The translations under genes were made by a program, and so were the position numbers. From positions 120,342,001 through 120,406,000 of the forward strand of contig OZ024741.1 in assembly GCA_964016885.1 (NCBI GenBank): DNA of 64,000 nucleotides. Reading direction: 5' to 3'. Source of the stretch: Eledone cirrhosa (Eukaryota). Below, one piece after another: positions 40,442 to 53,789 of the stretch; position 1 is the first letter of the stretch; every line of letters begins with the position of its first letter. The notes below the pieces were generated by a model. That model saw only the letters and a program-made list of their open reading frames with translations, had not been told where the DNA came from and did no database searches.

Positions 40442-42147
40442 AGAGAGAGAGAGAGAAAAAATAGAAAGAGATAGATATAGATAGAGATAGAGAGAAAGAA
40501 AATAGGTAGTTGGGCACCAGTTGAATGACGTAGCAATGATATATTTATTTATTTATTCACCTATTCAGTTCTAGTATCAAGGTAGAGAGAGATATATGTG
40601 GTTAGGAGAGAAAACAGCCGTTACATAGAGAGAAAAGAAAAATATCCAGAGATAAACGAGGCAGACCCAAAACATTATGTTTCATCAATCTAAAAATATC
40701 AACCCGTATGAATTAGGCACCACAATGTAAACATCAGCATTCATGAATGAGACACGCACCAACAATGTGTGAAAAATAATGATCATATGTCCAGTCTAAA
40801 ACTCCTAGGTTTATAATCAGAACTGAGATAAAAAAACTGAGATAAAAAAACTGAGATAAAAAAATTCAAAAAAAATTGAAACACACAAGTATACATGCAC
40901 CCCCACGAAAAAAGAAAAAGAAAATAGAAGGTCACCCCAGATTCGATACTATAGACACCCATGTGAATCCACGTGATCAACTCTGCAAATTCCCACTTCA
41001 CATGAAAACATTCTCACTGTGCCACAAAAATTCCAGTATTCATATATGTGTACATACACATAAATATATATAGAATCTACATCAATTTTAACAATACCAC
41101 TCCTGTCTTTACTCTACATGACCATCGCTCAAGCACAAATAGACAACAGACATCAATATATCAATAAAAATATTAAAAAATTAAAAAATATTAAAAATAA
41201 AACACAGTATGCCCCGCAAATCAACCACAGAAATCAACCCCTCAAAATCAATTGACAACATATTGCCAAGTTCACCACAAGCATCAGAATCAAAAGCAAA
41301 CAAAACCAAAATTACCCACCAAATCCCGTCTAGCAGAAATCATTCCAAAAGTTCAGGATACCCATTCGATCTACAGATGGTCTCACATCCACCATAGAAG
41401 TCCATCTAGTGTAAAATCCATTCGATATATTTGGAGCATCAGCCTTTAGGGCAGCTCAATTATTCATGAAGAATGTTTTAAAAAAAAAAGAAATCGAAAG
41501 ACCCATCGGCGAGTTTCATAAATAATTACAAATCACAAGCAAACACACCACATTTCAAATCTATATTTACATCCAAAAGCCGAGCTCAATCCATGTCTGC
41601 AGCAACCGAACATATTTGTCCGCAAATTAAGGGAACCCCTAGATTTCAGCACAAAGAACATCTCCTCCGCGCAGAGGCCACATGTCCCAGAAGATGAATC
41701 AAAAGGAATCCCTCCTGAGACTACACTCCAAGCCGTCGAACATCCAACGCCATCATGCCCAAGTTGCCAGAGCAAGCCTGACAGCGACGCCGAAGACTCC
41801 CTGCTTGGATCCGTGAAAGAACTCCCGTGGCCACTACAGCGAAGCCCAAACTCTGTCGAGGCGGAACCAACACAGCCAAAAGAATCCAAGTCCGTTCCAA
41901 CATTACAGTTGTATACCATATCTCCAACCAAGCAATTGTCACCCAACGGACACCTAGATCCATCCCCACAGTTACATCCGTCCACCTGGATATTATTTAT
42001 GCCACCATCGGCATTTCGGCCAGGCCCTAAATTCCCACTATTTATTCTATCAATACTGTAAATATACTCCAAATACTTGTTGAGTGCTTTTATATCAGTT
42101 ATAAATATTTACTCGTTGTAACCCAACAATTTAAATAAAACTTTGCA

Positions 42148-42179
<32 letters not shown>

Positions 42180-42197
42180 ATTAGTGTTGGATGCTTA
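39958..42197 (-). mobile_element. PLE 3-prime fragment (GIY-YIG + 3-prime region + HHR), A-to-G hypermutated
   Basis: ORF 41533-42072 keeps the CNC..CPL..CL / C.LC.EE / CRH skeleton of the PLE at 17400-17900; HHR at 40040-40105; short terminal inverted match aagcatccaacactaattata (39960-39980 / 42176-42196). Confidence 0.85.
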
Positions 42198-42255
42198 AAG
42201 CGTCATTAAGCGGTAGGCCGTTTGAGCACTCGATGCTCTTACAGAGTAGAATATG

Positions 42256-42421
42256 ATATCACATAAGAAAGGGAGAATCAGTGTTGTGACGAATAAAATT
42301 TATTAGACATAATACAATCGTTTCTCTGGCGACCAGTGAGCTGGTCGCCAGAGAAACGATTGTAATATGTCTAATAAATTTTATTCGTCACAACACTGAT
42401 TCTCCGTTTCTTATGTGATAT
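42256..42421. repeat. Near-perfect 166-bp palindrome centred on an HHR stem II
   Basis: Centre ctctggcgaccag-tgag-ctggtcgccagag, followed on each strand by GAAAC-GATT-GTA. Confidence 0.85.
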
Positions 42422-42534
42422 ATATATGTGTGTGTGTGTGTGTAAAGAATTCGAAGTTTGAAAGCTACGACAATGTGGATAAATAATCAAGTCGTAATAA
42501 ACGAGGGGTATTTTTTTACCTTAATTTATTCATG

Positions 42535-42572
42535 TCCTGATATTTCGAGATTAATATCTCTTCTTCCGAGGA
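42535..42572 (-). ncRNA. Minimal hammerhead-like motif, U4G core
   Basis: tcct-CGGAAGA-a-gaga tattaa tctc-GAAATATC-agga. Confidence 0.5.
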
Positions 42573-42577
42573 AAAAA

Positions 42578-42613
<36 letters not shown>

Positions 42614-43170
42614 TGAAAGGACAGGGAAGACAACAAACAAAGTAGTATTTCGTGCATGATAAGATACAGAGGGGGTGTAGTTGAGAGGTAATGGGCCAAC
42701 TCGGCTGTTTCAACTTGATTTCCCTTGATAAAAGCTTTTTAAAATTAACTTGCAACAACTATGCTTGCCACTGTGATTCTACTTTTTTCCCATATGCTTA
42801 AAACTACACTTCTATTGTGTTTAAACGCTATCTTAGTGCTACTGCCACCTAATTATAACCAATAATTTCGCACTACATGCACATGAACATTTCCAGCTGA
42901 TGTTTTCTATTTGCTATATGCAAATAAGCATCTCCAAGAAATGTTTATCAAGCAAGATCTCTATGGACTCTAGTCTATTTCCATGTCAGTTTCGGTTGAG
43001 TGAATATCACTGATGAGGGATTAATGAATCTTTAAACGGCGTTGTCTGGCATTCTAGACTGCTACTGACAAATCTGTAACGTGTTCACGGCGAAAAAATA
43101 TTTTTCTATGATAACATGGCTACCATATATTTATCGTATATACATATTGTGTATGCTTTCATATACCCAC

Positions 43171-43259
<89 letters not shown>

Positions 43260-43298
43260 GAACAAAGAATCAGTGTTGCATCATACACATATTTAATT

Positions 43299-43390
43299 GC
43301 ATATTACATACGTTTCACTGTCAATCAGCTCGAGGAACGATCGATTAAGGATCGATCCTGACTCTGGAATTGGAAGCTCCTCAGATATGT
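43299..43390 (-). ncRNA. Type I hammerhead with extended stem II
   Basis: catat-CTGAGGA-gct...agt-GAAAC gtat GTA-atatg. Confidence 0.6.
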
Positions 43391-43775
43391 GTTCACGTGT
43401 AGACTCGCGTCTAAAAGTGGTTCTCTTATATATTATTATTATTGATACTCTGCTCCCCACGAACATCGAGTGCTAATCTTGGCATACCGCCTATGGACTC
43501 AATTAATGTGCACCTTTAATACCTATGTATATATATATATATATATATATAAAGGTTATTTTGAATTAATATATATATGTTATATATATATATATATATA
43601 TATACTTTCCAGGGATAACTTGAACCGTTAAGGTAAATTATCCTTGGTTATGTCAAATATTTATAAAACATTTTGTATTTTATCTGATGATAGCGTACCA
43701 AAATTTTGGTATCCTTGATATATATATAATAGAATAAATATGGTTTTATAAATATTGTTTCCATTTATTTAATAT

Positions 43776-43886
<111 letters not shown>

Positions 43887-44278
43887 GATTAACAAGGATT
43901 ATAATTATATCATTTAATAGATTTACGATCGATTTGTTAGACTAACAACAAGAATAACTCCTCAGAATCGATCTAATTACAAATAAAGACATGTTTTAAA
44001 ATTCCAATGATAGAAAAGAGTGAAAAACGTAAATATATATACATATATATCCAAAATAGCAAACTGAATACGCACGTGTGTATTTTTTTCTCAATTTTTC
44101 CGTTCGTTCCTCTTCTCACTCTTTGTCTTTCTATTTCATCTTTTATTTCTCATTCAATCTTCTGGTAAAGGACTAGTGTCAGAAACCTTAAGACTCTTTT
44201 CATATTATTTCAAGCGTTAAACTAATATATTCTTCATTATACTGTGTCGTTTGCTTTGTTATTTCTCTCTACTTTTTA

Positions 44279-44400
44279 CAGGGTGGCCCAAAAGTCGCAA
44301 TACATAGGACATTTTTAAGTTTCCATATTTATTTATTTTGAATAAATTGTTTCTTATAAAACATTATTTTTTTGTATCTCCCGACTTTTGGGCCATCCTG
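44279..44400. mobile_element. Tc1/mariner-type MITE
   Basis: TIR cagggtggcccaaaagtcg / cgacttttgggccatcctg with TA on both sides. Confidence 0.85.
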
Positions 44401-44459
44401 TATATATGTGTGTACATATTGGCCTCATGAGATAAACACCTCTAATTTAGAATTATTAG

Positions 44460-44940
44460 GGCGTCGGACTAATGCTTTGTGTTATCATTTCTAGCTTTTC
44501 GTATTCTGAGTTCAAATCTCGCCGAGGTCATCATTGATTTTCATTCTTCGGGGATCGATAAAATAATATTACCAGTGAACTGACATGCCGTAGGAACGCC
44601 GTCTATGCCTTGGCCATTTAAACATGGTGCGGTCTATCCCCTCTTTATGCCTGAACAACACAGCTTATTTCTTGGAGGAGTGAGTGTGTGAATGAGAGAG
44701 AGAAATCGGTGCCAGTACTAGACTGATACTTCTTTAACGACCTCGAAAGAATACGAAAGGCAACGTTGACTTCAGTGGGATCTAAATTCAGAGTACAAAG
44801 AGCCGAGAGAGTACCGTAAATTATTCTAGCCGACGTTCTAATGACTCCGGCTATACCAATGAAATACTGGAGTCGATATAAGCGACTTTCTCCTCCTCCT
44901 CATAAATTGCTGGCCTTGTGCTTAAATAAGAAACCCTGTT
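44460..44940. mobile_element. Old nested SINE family 1 copies in opposite orientations
   Basis: + copy pieces at ~44460-44575 and ~44860-44940 surround a - copy at ~44705-44850. Confidence 0.6.
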
Positions 44941-45565
44941 AATAATGTATCAATTGGATTACGAACAGTAATACATGCTTTCTCCATTCTGTAAGCCGGG
45001 GCTGTGGGGCGGCCAAAGCGTGGGACCCCATTTACTCACAACATAGAGAGATGTGGAGGCGATGACAGTGGGTGTTCGGCTCTTCTGTGTTCGAACACAT
45101 TGCACCTGTCATATGGATCATGTGATAATTTCATTTTACTTGTGGTGTTGTTGTTGTTGATCTGTAATTGACATCACCTTCATCGTGCTTTAATGCCCAC
45201 TATACATAGGATATAAACAGATGAGATCCATAGACATAGACAGTGAAGATAAAGATGGGAGTGTTGTGGGGGAGGCAAAGAATTGCAGTTGATAAAAAAA
45301 TTACTATAGCTTTGGGTTGACTCCTGCCTTGTGAGTGAGGCAGGCTAAACAAACTATTTGGAACCATGTCAGATGGACTGTGCTTGTAAATCAAAAGAGC
45401 CACACTTGTCTGCCATACACTGTGTCATGCTGAATCTCCCTGAGAATTACGTTAAGAGTTCACGTGTTTGTGTAATGATCAACAAGATGCACGTTAATTT
45501 CACGAGAAGGCTGTTCCGTTGATCGAATCAACTGGAACACTATTCGTCGGAACCGACGAAAGTCC

Positions 45566-45652
<87 letters not shown>

Positions 45653-46019
45653 AAGCACACACAAACACACACACACAAGACAAATATATAAGCGAAACAT
45701 TAAACTGACCTCAGTTGTTAATTACATTAAATCAACTCGTCCTTAGAGGCTGGTATATTCTCCAGTGTTAATATCATTACCATCCTCTGAATGATAGGTT
45801 AATAGCACCAATCCTCGTGAATATTCATCGCTAGTTTAAAGACACCACCGGTCATGGGAAGGATAAGGGGTGAGACAGGGTATATATTCACCAGTGATCT
45901 ATTACCATTGTTAAATGTGTCAGGAATATCTCTCTTCTATCATAGCATAACCTTTTGTATTATTTTTTTCACGTATTTCGCAAATAATGCATTATAGTTG
46001 TTAATATTGTAGCTATCGT

Positions 46020-46900
46020 AGTGGTTGTGGTGGTGGTGGTAGTGGTGGTGCTAGTGGTTGTGGTGGTAGTGGTGGTGGTGTTGGTTGTGGTGGTGGTGGT
46101 GGTAGTGGTGGTAGTGGTTGTGGTAGCGGTGGTAGTGGTGGTGGTGGTTGTGGTGGTGCTAGTGGTTGTGGTGGTAGTGGTGGTGGTGTTGGTTGTGGTG
46201 GTGGTGGTGGTAGTGGTGGTAGTGGTTGTGGTGGCGGTGGTAGTGGTGGTGCTAGTGGTTGTGGTGGTAGTGGTGGTGGTGTTGGTTGTGGTGGTGGTGG
46301 TGGTAGTGGTGGTAGTGGTTGTGGTGGCGGTGGTAGCGGTGGTGGTGGTTGTGGTGGTGCTAGTGGTTGTGGTGGTAGTGGTGGTGGTGTTGGTTGTGGT
46401 GGTGGTGGTAGTGGTGGTAGTGGTTGTGGTGTCGGTGGTAGTGGTGGTGCTAGTGGTTGTGGTGGTAGTGGTGATGGTGTTGGTTGTAGTGGTGGTGGTA
46501 GTGGTGGTAGTGGTTGTGGTGGTGGTGGTAGTGGTGGTGCTAGTGGTTGTGGTGGTAGTGGTGGTGGTGTTGGTTGTGGTGGTGGTGGTAGTGGTGGTAG
46601 TGGTTGTGGTGGCGGTGGTAGTGGTTGTGGTGGTAGTGGTGGTGGCAGTGGTGGTGGTGTTGGTTGTGGTGGTGGTGGTAGTGGTGGTAGTGGTTGTGGT
46701 GGTAGTGGTGGTGGTGGTCGTGGTGGTGGTAGTTGTGGTGGTGGTGGTTGTGGTGGTGGTGGTCGTGGTGGTGGTGGTTGTGGTGGTGGTAGTAGTGGTG
46801 GTGGTGGTTGTGGTGGTAGTGGTGGTGGTGGTTGTGGTGGTGATCGTCGTGGTGGTGGTGGTCGTCGTCGTAGGGATGGTAATAGAGGTGGTGGGTGGGG
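46020..46900. repeat. (GGT)n-derived satellite with higher-order units
   Basis: Recurring ggtgctagtggttgtggtggtagtggtggtggtgttggttgt blocks. Confidence 0.9.
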
Positions 46901-47900
46901 AGGGGGATGCTGGTGGTGCTTGTGGTGGCGGGAAATATGCACTTCTACCAATTCTTCTATTGATGTGTTATGCTTCTACTTATTTGATTGACTAGATAAT
47001 TAATTAACTAAGTGACTGAGTAATTAATTATAATAATGGATTGACAGGCAAATACGATAACATTAAAGCTTGCCTATAATTATTAATTAGATATGACAGG
47101 TTTATTCATTAAGATAATACTGTTTGTGTGTGTGTTTTACTTTCTATCGTTTATTATACTGGCAACACACGATTGATTTTATATTCAGTAAATTGCTACA
47201 TACCTCACCAACAAAAACCCAGAGCTGTTAAAGGGTGCAAGAATTCCTCAAAGTCAACGGCCATCCACCCCAACTATGGTTTAAATAGCCTCACCAACCC
47301 ACGATTGGCCAAGCTTGGTAAGTACGGCTTCACCGTTGACATGACCAAAACCAAACAGAAAACGGTAGAGGTCAACCACAGTGGGGTTCCTATAACTGGA
47401 GTGAGAAGACCCTGGGCTGGATTGTAAATTGCTACCTATAAGTCGACTTTTAACATCTGAGCGTGTCTGTATATTTGTTTTAAAATGATTCTTTATTACA
47501 ATTGAATTTATATATCATGTAAATACAATTTAATAGAAAAAGAAAAAGAAATTAGATTGAGAAAAAAGAATGGAATATAACAAGAAAATACGGAAAAAAA
47601 AGGGAAATGCAAGGGCTCTAGTGTCACAGAAGAATTGGTAAGGGGTGATTGGGCTCTGGGCCAAGGGCGCGGTGGTAATGGGACTACTCCCCGCAGACAA
47701 GACCGCAAAAACATTCCCGCAGACAATGGCCAGCGACACCCGCTGCAACAGCCACCCTGTCTCGCGGGGCTTCTTCCTCAAGAGCCGCCGGGGAAAACTG
47801 TGGCCCATTTGGCTTTCTGAATGGTATGCCTAATTTCAAAATTGCCATGAATTTGTTTTACTACTGCGGCCATACTATGCGGCTCACTGCTCGTAAAAGG

Positions 47901-48137
47901 TTACCCTTTAGCATTTAAACCGGCCATATCCTGCCAGGATTCTTTCACCTCTTTCTGTTCAACCCGGCTGTAACAAGCTACTCATACTTATGTTAAGGTA
48001 TTGTTCTCAAAATAAATAATATCAAAATCTCATAGATTCGATATTATATGAGATAATTAATTATGTAAGGTAAAGCTTTTACTGTGAAAATATAATAGTA
48101 AATATAGGGTAATGTAAATGCTAAATAAAGGGTTTAA
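47901..48137. mobile_element. Possible piggyBac-like MITE
   Basis: Imperfect TIR ttaccctttagcattta / taaatgctaaataaagggtttaa. Confidence 0.45.
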
Positions 48138-48320
48138 ACAAAAATGAAAGCAACTAAAGCAGGCGTTGACGATAATAACAACAAAGCAACACCCTAGTAA
48201 TCTGTTACTTAGCATCACCGTTACCAGATAATTATAACAGCAATAACAACTATCTATCTATTTACATATCTGTCTATCTATCTACGTACTTATCACTCAA
48301 TCTATCTACCAGCTACCTAG

Positions 48321-48471
<151 letters not shown>

Positions 48472-48570
48472 TGTGCGTGCGTGCGTGTGTATGTGTGTTC
48501 GTGTGTATACAAGATATCCATAGATAAAGGCTAAGAAAAAATGCTCAATCTAGTACAAGAGAGTTTATTT

Positions 48571-48828
48571 AGTTTATATTAAAGTTCCTACAATAAAACA
48601 TGTATACGTAACCTTGGATTTCGGGGTCCAGTTATGGCTAACACTGTATAGTGGAGAAGCGGATCTAAAGCTGGCCTCTCGTCAGGCGCAAGGACAAACT
48701 CGTCGTCCTTGCGCCTGACGAGGGGCCAGTTTTAGAACCGCTTCTCCTCTCTACAGTGATAACCATAACTGGACCGCGAAACCTAAGGTCGCACATACAT
48801 GTTAAGTGCTGGAACTTTAATATAAACT
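48571..48828. repeat. Fold-back palindrome with an HHR on each arm
   Basis: + arm 48710-48795 reads gc-CTGACGA-ggggccagtt...aactggaccgc-GAAACC taa GGTC-gc; mirrored on the - strand. Confidence 0.8.
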
Positions 48829-49493
48829 CTGTGCGTGTGTGTGTGTGTGTGCGCGTCTGTGCGTCTGTGCGTATATCTACAGTTATCTGTTTATGTATCT
48901 ATTTATCTTCGGACAACCACAATAACAACAAAGCCAGCCTTTGACCATATACCGAGTTGTTGTTGTTATTACCCATCTTAGTTGTCTTTGTTGTTGTGGT
49001 GGTGGCTGTCGTCATCAACGTAGTTGTTGCAGCGCTAAGTAAACTATGGAGTATGTGATGGCTAATATTACTGTAATTGATTTAAATGAATATAGAAGAA
49101 GAAGAAGAAGAAGAAGAAGAAGAAGAAGAAGAAGAAGAAGAAGAAGAAGAAGAAGAAGAAGAAGAAGAAGAAGAAGAAGACGACGACGACGCCGAGGAGG
49201 AGGAGAAGGAGAAGGAGGAGGAGGATGATGGGGGGGGGAGGAGAAGATCATGATGATGATACGTATAAAGAAAAGGAAAGCGTCTTTGGATAGAATTACT
49301 AAAGGAATTATTAAATTGAATATTTGTTAACTATACACTCCGTCATTTTTTACGTGCTCTATGCTAATATATATATGTGTGTGTGTGTGTGTTTGTGTGT
49401 GTATGTGTGTGTGTGTATTATTGATGGAAATGAGAAAAAGTACTGAATACCGAAATAGAGTTTAAATATTCATTTAATGGCTAAGTGGTGAGC

Positions 49494-49584
49494 CTTGTTA
49501 ATCTGCAGTTTCACTTGCGCACTCGCATGATCATCAGACGAGACTCTTGTCTTGTTTGATGATCCTGCTAGTGCACATGTGAAA
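49494..49584 (-). ncRNA. Hammerhead-like motif with short fold-back
   Basis: Reverse complement ctcgt-CTGATGA-tca-tgcg agtg cgca-agt-GAAActgcagaTTA-acaag; degenerate mirror at 49550-49584. Confidence 0.55.
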
Positions 49585-49685
49585 TGAAAATATATGCATA
49601 TATATATATATATTGCTATTTCAAGCGTAAACCTAATATATTCCTTCCATATACTGTGCCGATTGTGTTGTTATTTCTGTTTACC

Positions 49686-50394
<709 letters not shown>

Positions 50395-50589
50395 TAATAA
50401 TAATAATAAATTTGAAGACTAAAATCCAAAGAGGGCTCGATAAGGATAAATATATATCAGATATATAAGAACCGTAGAGCAAGTGTTTTGATTGACTTAC
50501 ATATGTGTACTTACATGTAGGTGTGTGTGTACACGCGTTATATACGTATTTATGTGTGTATATTTATATACGTTTATTTAATTATGTAT

Positions 50590-50624
<35 letters not shown>

Positions 50625-51006
50625 TGTATATGTATATATGTTTTTATATATATTTTTATGTGTATTTGGTGTATACGTTCGTATGTGTGCGGGCACAGGC
50701 GTTGCGTGAGTTGCATGTGCGTGCGTGTTTTTTTTTTTGTTTTGGGGGGGTTTTTTGCGTACGTGCTTGTATTTGTATACCTATGGCGAGTGTTTTCGCG
50801 TATGCTTGTGTATGTACGTTTTTGGATGCGTGTATGTGTATATTTAATTTCAATTACCTCTGTATTTTATTTACTTTATTCTTAACTCTGAAGCCGAGAA
50901 TCATTCGGTTTCCTAAATAGAATTTTAGCCTACTACTTCAGTTATACCATTTACGAGGTTTCGTCTTTGCGTGTAATTGTTCTCATTGCTCCACATAATG
51001 ACGTAT

Positions 51007-52523
51007 GGAGCCCCGAGCATGCTCCTAGCTGCTGATACGGTCATACCCTCGGCTACTGGGGTCCAACAGGGCGACCCTTTGGGACCCCTCCTGTTCGCCC
51101 TTGGTATTGACCACATCGTCCGGAGTATCACGGCCCTTCTCAACGTTTGGTATCTGGATGATGCTACGTTGGGCGGTCTGCCATGACCTTCAATCGGTGG
51201 TTCCTGCCCTGGTGGGAATCGGCTTCCAGGTCAACTCTGCCAAGTCGGAGGTGGTGAACGTCAGCCTCGATGCTGCGAGCTTTGCAGCCTCCATTCTCCG
51301 CCAGGTTCAGGTGACCCCAAAGAGGATGTCCTCATCCTCGGGTCACCGATCCACCCGCCGACCATCCATTCCACCATCATGTCCAGGCTTCAACAGATCC
51401 AGACTCTCACGAGCCGACTGGGCTTCTTTGACGGCCACCCAGCTCTCTTTCTGCTGAGGAACTGCTTCGCCATGCCGAAGCTCCTCTATACACTCCGCAG
51501 CGCTCCATGCTACACCCAGACATCTCTCCTCGCTGACCTCGATACTTGTATCCGAGCAGCAGCCGTGGGGATATGCAACGTCATGTTTTACCACATAGGG
51601 TGGCAACAGGCCACTTTACCTGTCAGGTATGGCGGCCTTGGCCTCCCGTCCCCGATCTCACTAGCTTTGCCGGCGTATCTTTCGTCGGTAACCTCGTGCC
51701 GCGTCCTCGTCAGCAAGGTTCTTCAAAACACAACAGAACCCTCTGTGTTCAGAGAACGTGAGGCCGCCTGTGAGACGTGAGACCGGCTGGGACTTAGCCC
51801 AGTAGACGTCCCTCCTCCTTCTCCCCCTGTTGACGTCAAGTCCCCCCAACGCACTTGGAATGCCATCCAGTGCAGCTTGGCCTCAGACAGGCTCACGCAC
51901 CAACTCGACCAGCACCGCCTTGCTTGTTTTCGTGCGGCCTCCAAACCCCACAGTGGTGCCTGGCTCCATGCCCTGCCCTCCTTCTCCACTGGCACGCAGT
52001 TAGACAAGCATAGCCTGCGAATCGGCGTTTCCCTGAGGCTCGGCCTCCGGATCTGCCAGCCACACCAATGTCGCTGCGGTTCCACCGTGGACTCTTTCGG
52101 CCTCCACCCGCTTTTCTGTCTCCACAGTGCCGGCCGCATTCCACGCCATGCTTCCCTCAACGAGGTCATTAAACATGGCTTGGACGCTGCAGGCTTCCCT
52201 TCCCAGCTCGAGCCAGTGGGGCTGGATCGAGGGGACGGCAAAAGGCCAGATGGCATGACCATCTTCCCGTTCCGCGGTGGCAAACCCCTCGTCTGGGATG
52301 CCACTTGCACCAACACTTTCTGCAGCCGCAACCTGGTGCAGTCTGCGACTGACCCAGGTTCTTCTGCACGTCGGGCTGATGGGGCCAAACTCCTCAAATA
52401 CCGGTCGTTCTACGACAGCTTTGCGGTCGTACCCCTGGCAGTGGAGACTTCTGGTGTCCTCGGCCCCAGGGCTACCTCCTTACTCACCACTATAGACGCT
52501 GAGCTGGCCATATGATACATATG
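51007..52523 (+). mobile_element. CRE-clade non-LTR retrotransposon fragment (RT + Zn knuckle + restriction-like endonuclease)
   Basis: GVQQGDPLGPLLFAL, WYLDD, LPVRYGGLGL, CRCG...H...C, RH..LN and GKRPDG...LVWDATC; 11-bp TSD taatgacgtat. Confidence 0.88.
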
Positions 52524-52869
52524 TAATGACGTATTATCTTCGTTTTTTTTCGTTCATTGCCAGAGAACGTCTCCATGAACCACCTAATATAATATTAGTC
52601 TACGACTTCATTTATACCATAAACGTGGTTTTGTCTTTGCGTGTAATTGTTTTCAACGCTCCAATTAATGACGTATTATCTTCGTTTTTATCCGTTCTTT
52701 ACCAGGGAACGTTTCCACGAACCAAAGTATCGTCTTCCTGTCTTCCTTTGGTTGCAACATTTTTTGAAATATTTACTTCTGCATTCACAGATTGATTTTT
52801 TTAGTTTCAGAAGATCCCGTTAAGGGTGAAAGCAGCGATTCTTTGCTTAAACTTTAATCTGTTATTTTA

Positions 52870-52907
<38 letters not shown>

Positions 52908-52914
<7 letters not shown>

Positions 52915-53039
52915 ATATAGAAATGGCTTCTACAGGACTAGAAATGTTTCATTCGGGAGAAATCATCAGGAAGCTTTCTGATGATTTCTCCCGAGTGAAA
53001 CAGTTCTAGTCCTGTAGAAGCCATTTCTATATTAAATAT
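52908..53039. ncRNA. Palindrome encoding two back-to-back complete hammerheads (52926-52974 -, 52973-53021 +)
   Basis: gctt(c/t)-CTGATGA-tttctcccga(a/g)t-GAAAC-a.ttctagtcct-GTA-gaagc on both strands. Confidence 0.75.
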
Positions 53040-53216
53040 TTATACTCTGCTTTGCATTGAGTACCTTACTTATTGTGGTTACCCCCGATTGAACCCGGGA
53101 TAAACTTATATATATATATATATGTGCGTGTGTGTGTGTGTGTGAGTGTGTGAGTGTGTGTGTGTATGTGTGTGTGTGTGTGTGTGTATGTGTGTGTGTA
53201 TGTGTGTGTGTCTGTG

Positions 53217-53278
<62 letters not shown>

Positions 53279-53393
53279 TACATCCGTTTTAAATAAATTT
53301 TTGTTCTAACGAACGATTTCAGACGTCTGTGTCAAGCTCGTCGTGAAACCTTTGGTAAATGAAATAATTGTCTTATGTTGTTTATTACATAAC

Positions 53394-53428
<35 letters not shown>

Positions 53429-53442
53429 TGAGAGAGAGTGAA

Positions 53443-53512
<70 letters not shown>

Positions 53513-53789
53513 GTATATGTGTGTATGTATATGGGCTCATATACAATATATTTATGTACGTATAATAAACATACATATAGTCATGTCTTGAATATTTCAA
53601 GCAATGATCATACCACAGCTCCACAGAAGCCTAAGTAGTTGATATGGAAGGACGATATGATAGGCAAAATCTCTGTGCAGCAGTGCCCCAGTATCGCCGC
53701 CGCAGTAAAAGGCTGAAAGCAGTAAAAGAATAAAGAATACAGTTTATATATCACGAGTTAATCAGTGCACATTCCTATTGAAGAGATAA

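Noticed and set aside
46013-46995. Pro-rich / Val-rich ORFs
   Set aside because: Artefacts of a (GGT)n satellite.
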